NCBI GenBank assembly: GCA_000996355.1
Contig: LCAH01000007.1
Location: forward strand, 11,089 to 75,088
Length of the DNA: 64,000 nucleotides
From: Candidatus Uhrbacteria bacterium GW2011_GWC2_41_11
Lineage (GTDB): Bacteria; Patescibacteriota; Patescibacteriia; UBA9934; GWF2-40-263
Direction of reading: 5' to 3'
In this document: piece by piece, positions 49,797 to 59,736 of the stretch
Layout of the letters: each line of letters begins with the position of its first letter
Numbering within the stretch: position 1 is the first letter of the stretch
The notes under the pieces: model-generated
What the model was told of the DNA's origin: nothing
The model's database searches: none
What the model saw: the letters and a program-made list of their open reading frames with translations, nothing else
Translations under genes and position numbers: made by a program

Positions 49797-51014
49797 TCAC
49801 GAATCGAGTTTTTTGAGGAGCTTTTCTATTTGCTCCCTTTTGTATTCGATGCGCGTTTTACCATGGGATGCATCCGGTGCTGGAACGGACGCAAGAGCCT
49901 TTACGAGTATTTTTTTAGCCTCTTCGATTTTTCCCATGTCAACGAGAATATTTGCTCGTTTGAGTGCCACGGAAAGCGTTTGGGCTCCGTAGGCTTTGGA
50001 GGCTGCTAGTTCTCCCCATGCCAGCGACTTTTGTTGAGATTCTTCCAAGCTCAGATCTACTGTTTTTGAGAACTCATGCCAGAGTTCCATAAGTTCGACG
50101 TAAAATGTGCATTCATTCGGAAATATGTTTACGAGTTTCCGCCATGTCATGTCCGCAGAGAAAAGATCACCTTGCACGAAATAAAGAGCGGCAAGGAGTT
50201 CGCATTCGGACCGCTGGTCCGCGCAGTGATCTGCCGATTCGGCAAGGATGTTGATTCCCTTGTCAAAAAGGAACGTTGCGTCTTTGTCGTGTTTCAATTC
50301 TTTTGCCTTCGAACCCATGGTGTAAAGAAACAGGGCTTTTCGGATGGGCGGCAAGGTTGAGAAGCGTGCTTCTGAATCGAGTTTCCGATAGCCTTTCGGA
50401 TAAAGGGAAAGTGCGGTCCAAATCCAGTCGTCTGCTTCGGCATGACGTAGCATCCATTTGGCGCGGGAGCAGGCTTTTTTCGTTTTTCCTTTTTGATCGA
50501 ACACAATCATCTTGGCCCATGTACGCGCCGCTCCTTTTTTCGCGCGCCGGAGATACGGTTCGATTTGGTCAGAGGAAGACCCGATACTTGCGAGCCAACG
50601 CGCGATTTCCGCGGATTGGGAAGGTGATGCCTGTTCAGGCGACAATAAGGTAGAGCTCAAGGTTTCAAACCAGATGAGTGCATCTTCCGGATCGCCATAT
50701 CCCATCATGCGAGAAAGTTCTGTTCCGTTCGCATCGATTGCGATGAACATCGGGTAATTTTCGATCTGATACTTAGCCGCGATCAGCTGATTTTCTTCCT
50801 TGTCAACGTCGATATAGATCACTCGGAACGGCCGTAGATATGATTCATACTCCGGATTGTGCAGAACCTCGACTTTGAATCGTTCGCACGGACTGCACCA
50901 GACAGCTCCGAAATACAGAATTTTGTCCGGAATACCCGCGTACGCGCGAAAACTGCTCAGAAGACAAAAGAAAAGAAAGAACATCACGAAAAGGGGTTTG
51001 TTGAAAAAACGCAT
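49797..51014 (-). CDS. exported thioredoxin-domain protein with TPR-like helical region
   Basis: Signal peptide, FGAVWCSPC, YPMF. Confidence 0.85.
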   Translation of the reverse strand: MRFFNKPLFVMFFLFFCLLSSFRAYAGIPDKILYFGAVWCSPCERFKVEVLHNPEYESYLRPFRVIYIDVDKEENQLIAAKYQIENYPMFIAIDANGTELSRMMGYGDPEDALIWFETLSSTLLSPEQASPSQSAEIARWLASIGSSSDQIEPYLRRAKKGAARTWAKMIVFDQKGKTKKACSRAKWMLRHAEADDWIWTALSLYPKGYRKLDSEARFSTLPPIRKALFLYTMGSKAKELKHDKDATFLFDKGINILAESADHCADQRSECELLAALYFVQGDLFSADMTWRKLVNIFPNECTFYVELMELWHEFSKTVDLSLEESQQKSLAWGELAASKAYGAQTLSVALKRANILVDMGKIEEAKKILVKALASVPAPDASHGKTRIEYKREQIEKLLKKLDS

Positions 51015-51122
51015 GTTTTTCCTCCTTCTTTTTGGTAAAACCCAAGTCGCCCGACCATGGAATCAGAAAAAATGGAAAAAAGCAATTTTTTTCTTTATAC
51101 TGAAGACAGTATTTTGTATTAT

Positions 51123-54100
51123 ATGGGCATATTTGGCAGGGAAAAAGGACCGCTTTCCGAACCGTCTGAGCCGCGAGAATCCGAACCAAAGAAATACGAA
51201 AATCACACAACTGAGCGGAGCGGCGGGCATTCTCATGAACAACACACGGCAGAACCGGTTCTCGAAAAGGATCGCGCGCATTTTGATGCAGAAGAACAGC
51301 ATCTGCGAAATTTGATTGACACATTGCAGGACCGGACGGAAAAATTGCAGGATGTCGAATTGGAAAAGAGAGTAGAATCTGTTCCTGTGCGCAGAACATT
51401 CGTGCAAACCATAGAGACCGTTAAAAAAAAGATTGCGGAATGGTTTGCCGCGCGCAAGGAAAGAGTGTTGGATAAAAAAATTAAAACCGTTTTAAAATTT
51501 TATTCCTTTGCGAAAGACGGAATTCGTCTTGATGCGAAAGAATTAGTCGAGCTTGTTCGTGGACTTTCAGAGACACAGGTGGAAAGACATCCTGATCTTA
51601 TTGAATCCGCAAGAAAACAGTTTGTTGACTCTCTGGAAAGATTAACAAAATATCGTTTTTATTCCCCGTCAAACGACTATGACTTTCAGAGTATTCAACA
51701 TGTCACGGACCTTTTTTATTCGCAGCCAGTTATTTTCGAATCTTTTTTTCAGGATGAGCACGTGCAGACGTTACAGGACAAAATTTTTACTTCCGCTCTT
51801 TACACGGGTCAGTTGCTCGCTTCTGATATAGGAAAGAGAATAAGGATGCGTCCGGAACGCATGAAGGAACTTGCTGCGCAGGCTTTGTGTGATACAGTCA
51901 AAAATTTATCCGTGCGCGATGCGGATCTCGTGTATGATGTGAAAATATTGATCAAGGATTTTCATGTCGATCAGGAAACCGTCGATGCGGTTGCCTTTCA
52001 ATACGTCTTGGACAATCTTACATCCGATTATCCGTATAAATCCGCGGAAGATGTCCAGGAGTTTTTCGGTCTTTCGGAAGAATCCTTTCAAACGCTGATG
52101 CAACATCACAAGGAAACGTTGAAACCTCTCTGTTACAAAGCTGCGGCAAACGCCTTGATACATTCCGGGAATCCGATCCATTCGGTTGGAAAAATTCTCA
52201 CTGCTTTTAAAATTCCGGAAGTCGACATAAACGGATTCAGAGAATTTTTGTCCGCTTGTCCGGAAAAGGTCGAGGAAACGGTTTTAACGCGGCTTACGCG
52301 CGCGGATTTTTCCGAAAAGATGGAATCCTTTTTTACAACGCTTATTCCTGTCCATGAACTCATCCGCGAAGAGAAAGGGCAAGCGGCCGTGCGCAAAGGA
52401 CTCCATCACCTCATCAGTGAACATCCATCATTTCTTCACACGCTTCGCGCCTACATGGAACGATTTGGATTGAATCCCGAGACTCTTCGATCGGATCCGG
52501 AAACATTCCAGAGTGTGAGACACGGAGTCGCCAAGGAACTTGTCGCTGAAACTTTTGTCTGGCCTTCTCGGGAATTTTTTGATTTTTTTGGCATTTCCGA
52601 GGAGCAGTTGCGAATCTACATTGAGATTAGTCGAAAGATCACGGATTCGCCTTCCCAAGAGGTTCAAAAGCTACGTGATGCCCTGATTGTCCAATTGCTC
52701 GATTCGGAACGTCCGGTCGAGGACTACGAAAAGATCGAATCCATTTTTTTAAAAAACAACATTCCGACCGTGGGGAAATGTTACGGCGTTTTTGAGGTTC
52801 TTTATCCACCGAAACGGTTGATCGAGAAAATCGGAACTCACTCAAGTCCCGTGTTGCAACAGGCTGGTTCTCGGAAAAGATACGCGATCTTGTATCAGGA
52901 TCTGCTGAGAATTCATATAGAGTCAGGAAACCGTTCCTTGAAGGAATATGCCGAAGTTTTGCAGGAAGGATCGGATCTCCTTGTCAAATATGAACGCGAC
53001 GGGTTGACCGGGTTAGACACAAAGGAACGTGAACGACTGTGTGTATTTGTTGGAAAATTAGAAACATTGCTTGCGAAGTCCGCGTTGGATACGGCGCCGG
53101 AAGCGTTTCAGGTCGCACGTCTCGCCGATCTGGAAAAACGGATCGTGCACGTACGCAAAGGGCTCAAAGTGCGGGTGGAACAGAGTGTACTTGAGCGTAT
53201 TTCCGAAATGTTCCTGCGTCCGGCCGGTGTCTCAAGCATGGAAGAATTGCTGGAACGTATGCGCTCGACCAGACAGGCGGCGGATGAACGGAATCGAAGA
53301 TCTGTCGCGAACAAAAGAGAAAAACGAAACACAGAGGAACCTATTTTTGACTTGCAGGTCGGAGATTTTCTCAAAGGTGTTGATATCCAGTACATTTCCA
53401 ACATTCTCCAAAACGGCTCGGTGGCAAAGGAATTCCTTGGTGCGAGTTCGGATTCTGACAGCACGCCTCTGGATACGGATGTAAGCATGGTTTCCGCGGA
53501 AGACGCGCAGGGTGGATTCGAGCATGCGGTTTACAAATCATTGGCAAAAGATTATGGAGATTTGTTATTTTGTCTGAGAGACCGCGGACAATACCAACAT
53601 ACGGAATCATCAACACCAGTCGAGAGAGATCGAGATAAATGGGAACTGTTTAAAACTGGTGTCGTTAGTGAATACCATTACGGTATCCGAACCGGATTTC
53701 CCTCGACGCAAATTGATTTCATGATTGTGAAGACTGGATTGAGCGTTGATACAAAAGCGCTTGAGCGTCTGTTTTTTGAAATCGCAAAAAATGGGTTTTA
53801 CATTCCCGTGGTTGATTTCAGTGGAAAAATAATTTTGTCACCAGAAGCGTACGACGGTTACCGCGCTTGTTTTGCTGGGTTGGAATCGTTCGATGGTCCT
53901 CCGCTTGCATTCCAACCGGTCGTGTCGGGAGATCGTTCATATGAAAAGATCATGAAACTTATGGTTTCTGTTGCAGAAGATCGTGAAAGAGTTCAAGAAA
54001 CAACTGTTGGGATTCATCGTGAATTGGAACAGATCTTGGCTGGATTAGGAGTAAGACTTAGGTCAGAATTCGACACAAGCATTCTTGGTGCGGAGTTATC

Positions 54101-54770
54101 TGATATTGGATCAACAGGACGACATACGAATATGCCTGGAGATTTTGATTTTGACTTCAGTTTAAAATTGGACGCGAAGGATTTTTCGCGTGCGCAGGAA
54201 TTGGCTGAAACGATCAAAGGAGCCATGTTGATGAAAACGGATGATTCGCATAGGGAAGAAGAAGGATATTATCAACTTCGGGTAAAGGGAGTGACAAGGT
54301 TAGGTTCTCTTCATTTGAAACAACCGCTGGATATTGATATTGGTTTTTCTCGAAAAGCGGATATGAACGTTTATGGATCCCATGATGCCTTGCGTGACAA
54401 ACTTCACATGATCGAAAAGACATACGGAGAGCAAGCTCGCGACCAAGTGCTTGCGAATATTGTGTTTACCAAACAAATCTTAAAACAGGGAAATGCATAC
54501 AAAAAACAAGAACACGGCGGAATGGGCGGGGTGGGAGTGGAACATTGGATTCTGGCAAATGGAGGAAATATGGAAACAGCTTTTCGTCGTTTTCTTGAAG
54601 CAGCTTATGAAGAGAAAAAACGAATTCCATATGAAAAATTTAGAGAAAAATATCACGTGATGGATGCGGGGATAAATGTAAAATTTATGGTCCACGATGA
54701 TTTTATTCGTGTGCTCAAACCATCTGGGTATGCGGCTATGTTGGATGTGATTGAAAAGTATTTTAAGTAG
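51123..54770 (+). CDS. large protein: helical N-terminus, putative ART-like domain, C-terminal Pol-beta-superfamily nucleotidyltransferase
   Basis: IGSTGRHTNMPGDFDFDF and DIDIGF (NTase); FLKGVDIQYISNILQNG...HYGIRTGFPSTQIDF (ART-like); start chosen at MGIFG. Confidence 0.75.
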   Translation: MGIFGREKGPLSEPSEPRESEPKKYENHTTERSGGHSHEQHTAEPVLEKDRAHFDAEEQHLRNLIDTLQDRTEKLQDVELEKRVESVPVRRTFVQTIETVKKKIAEWFAARKERVLDKKIKTVLKFYSFAKDGIRLDAKELVELVRGLSETQVERHPDLIESARKQFVDSLERLTKYRFYSPSNDYDFQSIQHVTDLFYSQPVIFESFFQDEHVQTLQDKIFTSALYTGQLLASDIGKRIRMRPERMKELAAQALCDTVKNLSVRDADLVYDVKILIKDFHVDQETVDAVAFQYVLDNLTSDYPYKSAEDVQEFFGLSEESFQTLMQHHKETLKPLCYKAAANALIHSGNPIHSVGKILTAFKIPEVDINGFREFLSACPEKVEETVLTRLTRADFSEKMESFFTTLIPVHELIREEKGQAAVRKGLHHLISEHPSFLHTLRAYMERFGLNPETLRSDPETFQSVRHGVAKELVAETFVWPSREFFDFFGISEEQLRIYIEISRKITDSPSQEVQKLRDALIVQLLDSERPVEDYEKIESIFLKNNIPTVGKCYGVFEVLYPPKRLIEKIGTHSSPVLQQAGSRKRYAILYQDLLRIHIESGNRSLKEYAEVLQEGSDLLVKYERDGLTGLDTKERERLCVFVGKLETLLAKSALDTAPEAFQVARLADLEKRIVHVRKGLKVRVEQSVLERISEMFLRPAGVSSMEELLERMRSTRQAADERNRRSVANKREKRNTEEPIFDLQVGDFLKGVDIQYISNILQNGSVAKEFLGASSDSDSTPLDTDVSMVSAEDAQGGFEHAVYKSLAKDYGDLLFCLRDRGQYQHTESSTPVERDRDKWELFKTGVVSEYHYGIRTGFPSTQIDFMIVKTGLSVDTKALERLFFEIAKNGFYIPVVDFSGKIILSPEAYDGYRACFAGLESFDGPPLAFQPVVSGDRSYEKIMKLMVSVAEDRERVQETTVGIHRELEQILAGLGVRLRSEFDTSILGAELSDIGSTGRHTNMPGDFDFDFSLKLDAKDFSRAQELAETIKGAMLMKTDDSHREEEGYYQLRVKGVTRLGSLHLKQPLDIDIGFSRKADMNVYGSHDALRDKLHMIEKTYGEQARDQVLANIVFTKQILKQGNAYKKQEHGGMGGVGVEHWILANGGNMETAFRRFLEAAYEEKKRIPYEKFREKYHVMDAGINVKFMVHDDFIRVLKPSGYAAMLDVIEKYFK

Positions 54771-54794
54771 AGGGTAGAAAGTGTAGAAAACGAA

Positions 54795-54840
54795 ATACAC
54801 CCCTGTTCTGAGAACCAGAACAGGGGTGTACGGTTTTTTT
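54795..54840. terminator. terminator hairpin between convergent genes
   Basis: TACACCCCTGTTCTG/CAGAACAGGGGTGTA + T tract. Confidence 0.75.
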
Positions 54841-54849
54841 GGGTTTGGA

Positions 54850-55575
54850 TCAGAAGACCGCGAGCTCGGGTTCGGGGCGACACTGGATCCCGATCGATCC
54901 AGAGTGCCGAGCCCACTGGCGACCGCGGTATGACCGCTCAGCCCCTTGTTGCGTATCGTGCCAGACCTGCATTTTAGGTTCCGGCACGTCGAACTTCTCG
55001 ACCAGGTCGAGGTGCTCGACCGCTTCCTGGGCGTGAACCTCGAACATATTCTCAATTCGGGCTTGACGCTGGCGAATACGAGAAAAGTACGAGTCATCGG
55101 CCGGAACCCCCCAATCGAGGTTTTCCTCGAAATGAGGACCCGACGATAAGTAACCATCTGAGTCCGAAGCCTGATAATCCTCACTCGGATCATAGGCCTC
55201 GTCCCATTCGTCCTCGATTTCTTCGCCATCAAAAGTGGCAAAGGTTTCGAACGAGTCCGCGTAGGTATCCTCTCCATCTTCGAGGTTCTCGAGGACATAC
55301 CCATCCTGTTCGGCTTCGTCCCATTGCTCGTCCCACTCGTCTTCTTCGAGTGGACCCCAACCGAGAGGTCGAGCATTGAGATGATCCTCAGACACCTCAG
55401 AGATGTCGAACCAATCACGGTTCGAATCTTTCCGAGAGGCAGGGCTGTCCCAGCCCAGATTTTCGAAGGCAATATCCTCAAAATCCGGAGAGTTTGCGTC
55501 TCCGATGGCAATGGTGCCATCATCATTGAAACGCAATTCCTTGACCGCTGACTCAGTCGACTGACGTCGCGCCAT
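54850..55575 (-). CDS. highly acidic hypothetical protein, paralog A
   Basis: AAGGAG RBS, TTGACA promoter on minus strand; shares motifs with 55931-57166. Confidence 0.8.
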   Translation of the reverse strand: MARRQSTESAVKELRFNDDGTIAIGDANSPDFEDIAFENLGWDSPASRKDSNRDWFDISEVSEDHLNARPLGWGPLEEDEWDEQWDEAEQDGYVLENLEDGEDTYADSFETFATFDGEEIEDEWDEAYDPSEDYQASDSDGYLSSGPHFEENLDWGVPADDSYFSRIRQRQARIENMFEVHAQEAVEHLDLVEKFDVPEPKMQVWHDTQQGAERSYRGRQWARHSGSIGIQCRPEPELAVF

Positions 55576-55722
55576 GAAGACCTCCTTGAAATGTTGGATG
55601 GCCGGAAATCGGCCTAAAAACGAACTAAATCAAAAAATTATCGATATGTATAGATTATCAGAAAATATAGATTTTGTCAATGGTGTTTGACAATAATTTG
55701 GAGTTCCACCGCGTAATACAAA

Positions 55723-55875
55723 TAAGACTTTCTCAGTTTCGACCAGTTTGTGTGCACGGGGTGCAAGTTTTATCGAGCTGTACTAAATAGTACAGCGAGA
55801 AAAACTTGGGTCCCCGTAAGCCATGCACCATCCGATGCATGGTAAACCCAAAATGGGCAAAATGAGAAAGTCCTA
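55723..55875. mobile_element. TA-flanked ~150-bp palindromic MITE-like element, copy 2 (inverted relative to copy 1)
   Basis: TA-AGACTTTCTCAGTTT ... AAAATGAGAAAGTCC-TA. Confidence 0.8.
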
Positions 55876-55930
55876 ACAAAAAACAAAATCCCCGCGTTTG
55901 ATGAAACAAACACGGGGAAGGGTTTTGGGT

Positions 55931-57166
55931 TTACGCCGCGACTTGGGTGTTTACCCGGGTCAGTAGGCGGCGGTTTCGGTTTCGACGAAGACGACGATTT
56001 CGATCGTCAAAGACATCCGTGAGGTCGAACACCTTCATTCCTTTTTGGAGTTCGTCTTCATGCTCGCCCCAGCCATCGTCGATCTGAACCTTTTGAACCG
56101 TTCGATACCACCAGAGGTTCCACTCATGGTAAATATCTTCCAATTCCAAGGTTCGAATGTCTTTCGGAATTGAGGCGTACTCGGGCCAGGCTTTTTTTAT
56201 CCACTGATCCCAAAGTTCTTCCTCAATCCGTTCTTCTCGATACAACTCTATCTCAGTCATCCGAATGCGACGATCTTCCTCGTCGTTGGCTGAGTATTCG
56301 TCATCGTAGTACTCATCGTAGTACTCATCGTAGTAATCGTCGTAGTACTGGTTGTGATTCCAGTCCCAGTAATCCGACGGGCTCAAGTAATCTCTACGTG
56401 GTTCCCCCTCGGGAATATACCACCAATCATTCGTCGACTTGGTGGTTGACAGGTGCCGATATTCCGTCCACCAGGTCGGAGGAGGATAGAAACAGGCATC
56501 ATTGCTGGTGGCATTCACCCACCAATCTGGAAGAGAATCGAGATAGTATGCCTCTTCCTCCTCGAAAATCCACGGATTGTCCCAATCGCCATCAGACAAC
56601 CCGAACCACATGGTTCGAGCCTCTGTTACATGGTCGCGACCGATCCACTGTTCGATTTGATCGATTCGCGAAGGAGAAGGAAGAAAGCGTTTGGTCTCCT
56701 GGAGTTGAACCTCGCAGGACCAAGCCTCATACTCAGCCCGGAAGTCTTCCACGTCGCGCACATTCTCGCGCGCCCACTGCGGACCGCGATAATTGCGATG
56801 ACCGACAATGTAATCGCGACCGTCGCGTTCTTTTCGCTCTCGACACCACGGAGCAGTAAAACGATGCTTGCCGTGTGTGCTATGCTCGGCGAACCGCTTT
56901 ATGAATAGCGGTCGCGGTTTGTCAGCGATTCGGTCGAACTTCTCGACGAGATCGGTGTATTCAACCGCGTCCTGAGCACGAGCCAGAATGAGATCCTCAT
57001 TGCGCTGTTGACGCCTGAGGGTTTTTTCATTTGGCTGTTGCGGATAAAACGCCCAATCGGAATATTCGTCATATTCCGGATCCTCATCATCCCGTCTATC
57101 GAAATCTTCCTCGATTCCAAATTCGGAATCTTCGAAAAAGCGATCGAAATCTGCAGATGCTGCCAT
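55931..57166 (-). CDS. acidic Trp/Tyr-rich hypothetical protein, paralog B
   Basis: GAGGAG RBS; AQDAVEYTDLVEKFD and RNYRGPQWAR shared with paralog A; Arg-rich C-terminus. Confidence 0.8.
   Translation of the reverse strand: MAASADFDRFFEDSEFGIEEDFDRRDDEDPEYDEYSDWAFYPQQPNEKTLRRQQRNEDLILARAQDAVEYTDLVEKFDRIADKPRPLFIKRFAEHSTHGKHRFTAPWCRERKERDGRDYIVGHRNYRGPQWARENVRDVEDFRAEYEAWSCEVQLQETKRFLPSPSRIDQIEQWIGRDHVTEARTMWFGLSDGDWDNPWIFEEEEAYYLDSLPDWWVNATSNDACFYPPPTWWTEYRHLSTTKSTNDWWYIPEGEPRRDYLSPSDYWDWNHNQYYDDYYDEYYDEYYDDEYSANDEEDRRIRMTEIELYREERIEEELWDQWIKKAWPEYASIPKDIRTLELEDIYHEWNLWWYRTVQKVQIDDGWGEHEDELQKGMKVFDLTDVFDDRNRRLRRNRNRRLLTRVNTQVAA
56301..56348. repeat. 12-bp tandem repeat x4 (encodes YYD[DE])
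   Basis: TCATCGTAGTAC units. Confidence 0.85.
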
Positions 57167-57287
57167 TCGTTTCTCCTCGGTGTTTTTTTGTTAAAGAGAG
57201 CAGTAAGAGAGTATCTGAAAATGAAGGTTTTGTCAAGTTTATATAACAAAAATCCCTCCAGAAAGATCTGGAAGGGAAATAGATTCT

Positions 57288-58397
57288 TTAAAAAATCGCG
57301 GAAAGAAGTGCTGCAGTTACAAACACATCAACCGGATTCCACGGATCGTAGTAACCAATGGGTGAATAACCATAGTATTCATACCCATAGCCCCATACAG
57401 GTGTCTCGACCGCCTCGGTCACGGTTTTGTAGACTGTATTCTCTTGTACCGTTCCTTTAAACAGACCGAAGTTCAAGTATGCGCCGCAACCGCGACATTT
57501 CCGCTGATTGCGGGAAACGCCACTGCCACAGTTCGGACACTCGTATTCAGTCGACGGAACAGGCGGCGGTTCAAACGATGCCTCGCAGTTCGGGTTCGGA
57601 CAATATGTGAGCTCTCCACCATTTTTTCTTGCTTCCTGTTCGAAAATAGCAAGGGTAATTCCACAGTGCGAACACTGTGTCCCGTCCCTCTTTTGCTGTT
57701 CGATCATGCCGGCTGTGTACAAGTCTTGCATGATGAGTGTCGCGGCGTCCTGGTTGAGATTCATTGGCGGATGCAGTAGATCCTCGATTCGGTACGCACT
57801 CTGGACGATCTCCTCGATCTGTTTGAAGAACGTTCCAACCCGGAGCTTGAACCAGAAGTCGTTTCCACGGAACTCGCGGTCCACGAGTTTTTGAATAAAG
57901 ACCACCAGGTTCGGATCGATTTCAACTGCGCCGTCAGGATGCATCATCCCCATGAATTCAATCATGGCAATGCGCATATCCGTGGCGGTCGGATCGTTTT
58001 CTCCATGCTTCACGAATCTTGGGTCGTATATGTCGTCATACACGAAATTCGGATTGTCTCCGTGTTCGTGATTTTCGAGTCTTCTTTGCATGCGCACGCC
58101 GTTGAAGATCTCAAATGGCAAAAGCCTGTCTGTGAGCTCCACCATCTTTTTCAGGAACTCCCGGCCTTGCGTGGTGATTGTCCAGTGTAGGCCGTCTGAA
58201 GCGAGATCGAGGAGTGCATCCCGATTCATCTGCATGAGAATCGGTTCCACGAACTGGCCGTCCTCATGATTCAGATGGATGATCTCCATCTTTTCTCCGA
58301 ATTCCGCAATTCGATAGAGAATGGCGAGGTACACGCACTTGCGCCACCATTCCGGTTTCTTCGAAAAGGTATCAGAAGTCATTGGTGATAAGGTCAT
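57288..58397 (-). CDS. hypothetical protein with C-terminal Zn ribbons
   Basis: CSHC, CPNPNC, CPNC, CRGC; Tyr/Gly-rich tail; N-terminal wHTH-like ITTQGREFL. Confidence 0.8.
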   Translation of the reverse strand: MTLSPMTSDTFSKKPEWWRKCVYLAILYRIAEFGEKMEIIHLNHEDGQFVEPILMQMNRDALLDLASDGLHWTITTQGREFLKKMVELTDRLLPFEIFNGVRMQRRLENHEHGDNPNFVYDDIYDPRFVKHGENDPTATDMRIAMIEFMGMMHPDGAVEIDPNLVVFIQKLVDREFRGNDFWFKLRVGTFFKQIEEIVQSAYRIEDLLHPPMNLNQDAATLIMQDLYTAGMIEQQKRDGTQCSHCGITLAIFEQEARKNGGELTYCPNPNCEASFEPPPVPSTEYECPNCGSGVSRNQRKCRGCGAYLNFGLFKGTVQENTVYKTVTEAVETPVWGYGYEYYGYSPIGYYDPWNPVDVFVTAALLSAIF

Positions 58398-58486
58398 ATT
58401 TTTTTCCTTCCTTTTCTGAACCCTCAAGAAAATGACCCCGCGCAGGACAATTGCATACGGGGTCAAAGATCTGGTTCTTGTGCCAC

Positions 58487-59554
58487 CTACCGTCGGCGAC
58501 TCGATGAGCTTTTGGATTTGGATGAGCCGCTACTCTTCGAGGAACTCGAGGATGAGCTGCTGCCCCACCATGAGCTGCTGGATCCCGAGCTCGATGTCGG
58601 TTTGGACGTCGTGCTCGAGGAACTTCCCCACGAACTCGAGGTCGAGGTCGCGGGTTTGGTCGCTGCCGCCGTGGTCTTCGCCGCAGTCGAGGTCGTTGTG
58701 GTCGGAGTCGAGGAGAAGGCCGAGACGGTCTGGCTCTTCTTGGATGGATCTGTGACACTGTAGCTTGTCATGGATCCAGAATAGCCTGACATTGTCGTCG
58801 ACGTTGTCTTGTTCGAACTCGACGAGCTCGACTTCGAGGCATACGTCGTGTTGTTCGACCCAACATTTACGGTCGTGGACCGCGAAACCGGCGACACGGT
58901 GGTCACTTTGTTCGTCGTAGTGTACGACGTCCGGGTCGTGGAGAGTGTGGTCGGCGGAACTACGTATCGCGGAGTGTAGTAGTACGGGTTGTAGTGATAG
59001 GCATAAACCGGATGCGGCCTGAGCAAGGAAGCGATGAGATATGCCTCACCAAAGCTCAAACCGGTATCGTGGTAGTAGTACCGATCATACCCGGACACGT
59101 ACTCCGGATAGCCACCCGAGATGGTTACCTGGTTCGTGATTATATCCTTTTCAACCGTTACTGATGCAACCTTCACGGCCGCATTCACGTCGCCTGTCGA
59201 GCTTGGGACTGCAAGAAGATTCAACACCACCTTGCTGCCATCGCTCCCTTCTTGAACGCCGATGAAGTCGATCTTGCCGTCATTGTCGACGTCCACGTTA
59301 TTGATTCCTGTGGACGGATCATTGACGGTTTTCTCGAGTGCGGCCGTGTCCGAGATCTGCCCGGACTTGACCAATCCGACCACGGTGTCGAGTGCAAACG
59401 CGCTGGCATCGAGGGTGTAGCTCGTTGCCGCAACGCTCGTCTGAGTTGTGGTCGGACCATCGACAACGCGAGGGTTGTGGTTGTTGCCACAGCCGATCAG
59501 ACCTACGAGGAGGAGAGAAAAACCAACAAACATTGAACGGTTTGGTCGCATCAT
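58487..59554 (-). CDS. lipoprotein with DxDxDG motif and long Ser/Thr-rich tail
   Basis: LIGC lipobox, INNVDVDNDGKIDFI, AAGGAG RBS. Confidence 0.82.
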   Translation of the reverse strand: MMRPNRSMFVGFSLLLVGLIGCGNNHNPRVVDGPTTTQTSVAATSYTLDASAFALDTVVGLVKSGQISDTAALEKTVNDPSTGINNVDVDNDGKIDFIGVQEGSDGSKVVLNLLAVPSSTGDVNAAVKVASVTVEKDIITNQVTISGGYPEYVSGYDRYYYHDTGLSFGEAYLIASLLRPHPVYAYHYNPYYYTPRYVVPPTTLSTTRTSYTTTNKVTTVSPVSRSTTVNVGSNNTTYASKSSSSSSNKTTSTTMSGYSGSMTSYSVTDPSKKSQTVSAFSSTPTTTTSTAAKTTAAATKPATSTSSSWGSSSSTTSKPTSSSGSSSSWWGSSSSSSSSKSSGSSKSKSSSSRRR

Positions 59555-59736
59555 GGCGACTCCTTTCTTTTGTTGTCAATGGACATTCGCTACCAGCATT
59601 TACTGGCACGAAGCGGTCGTATAGTAGCAAGTTTTATTTATTTGTCAATAGTTTGACAAAATAGTTGATCTAAGATAGATTCTTTGGTCCGAATAGATCT
59701 TTTTCAATTGTGAGAAATTCAAAAAAGGAGACGTTC

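Noticed and set aside
13570-54770. vWA and ART-like proteins as vault partners (vPARP/TEP1 analogs)
   Set aside because: They are 10-25 kb from the MVP gene in separate transcription units; no evidence of linkage
58372-58763. Alternative ORFs such as MDLDEPLLFEELEDE and the Arg/Pro-rich frame
   Set aside because: Antisense or off-frame shadows of the Ser/Thr low-complexity tail
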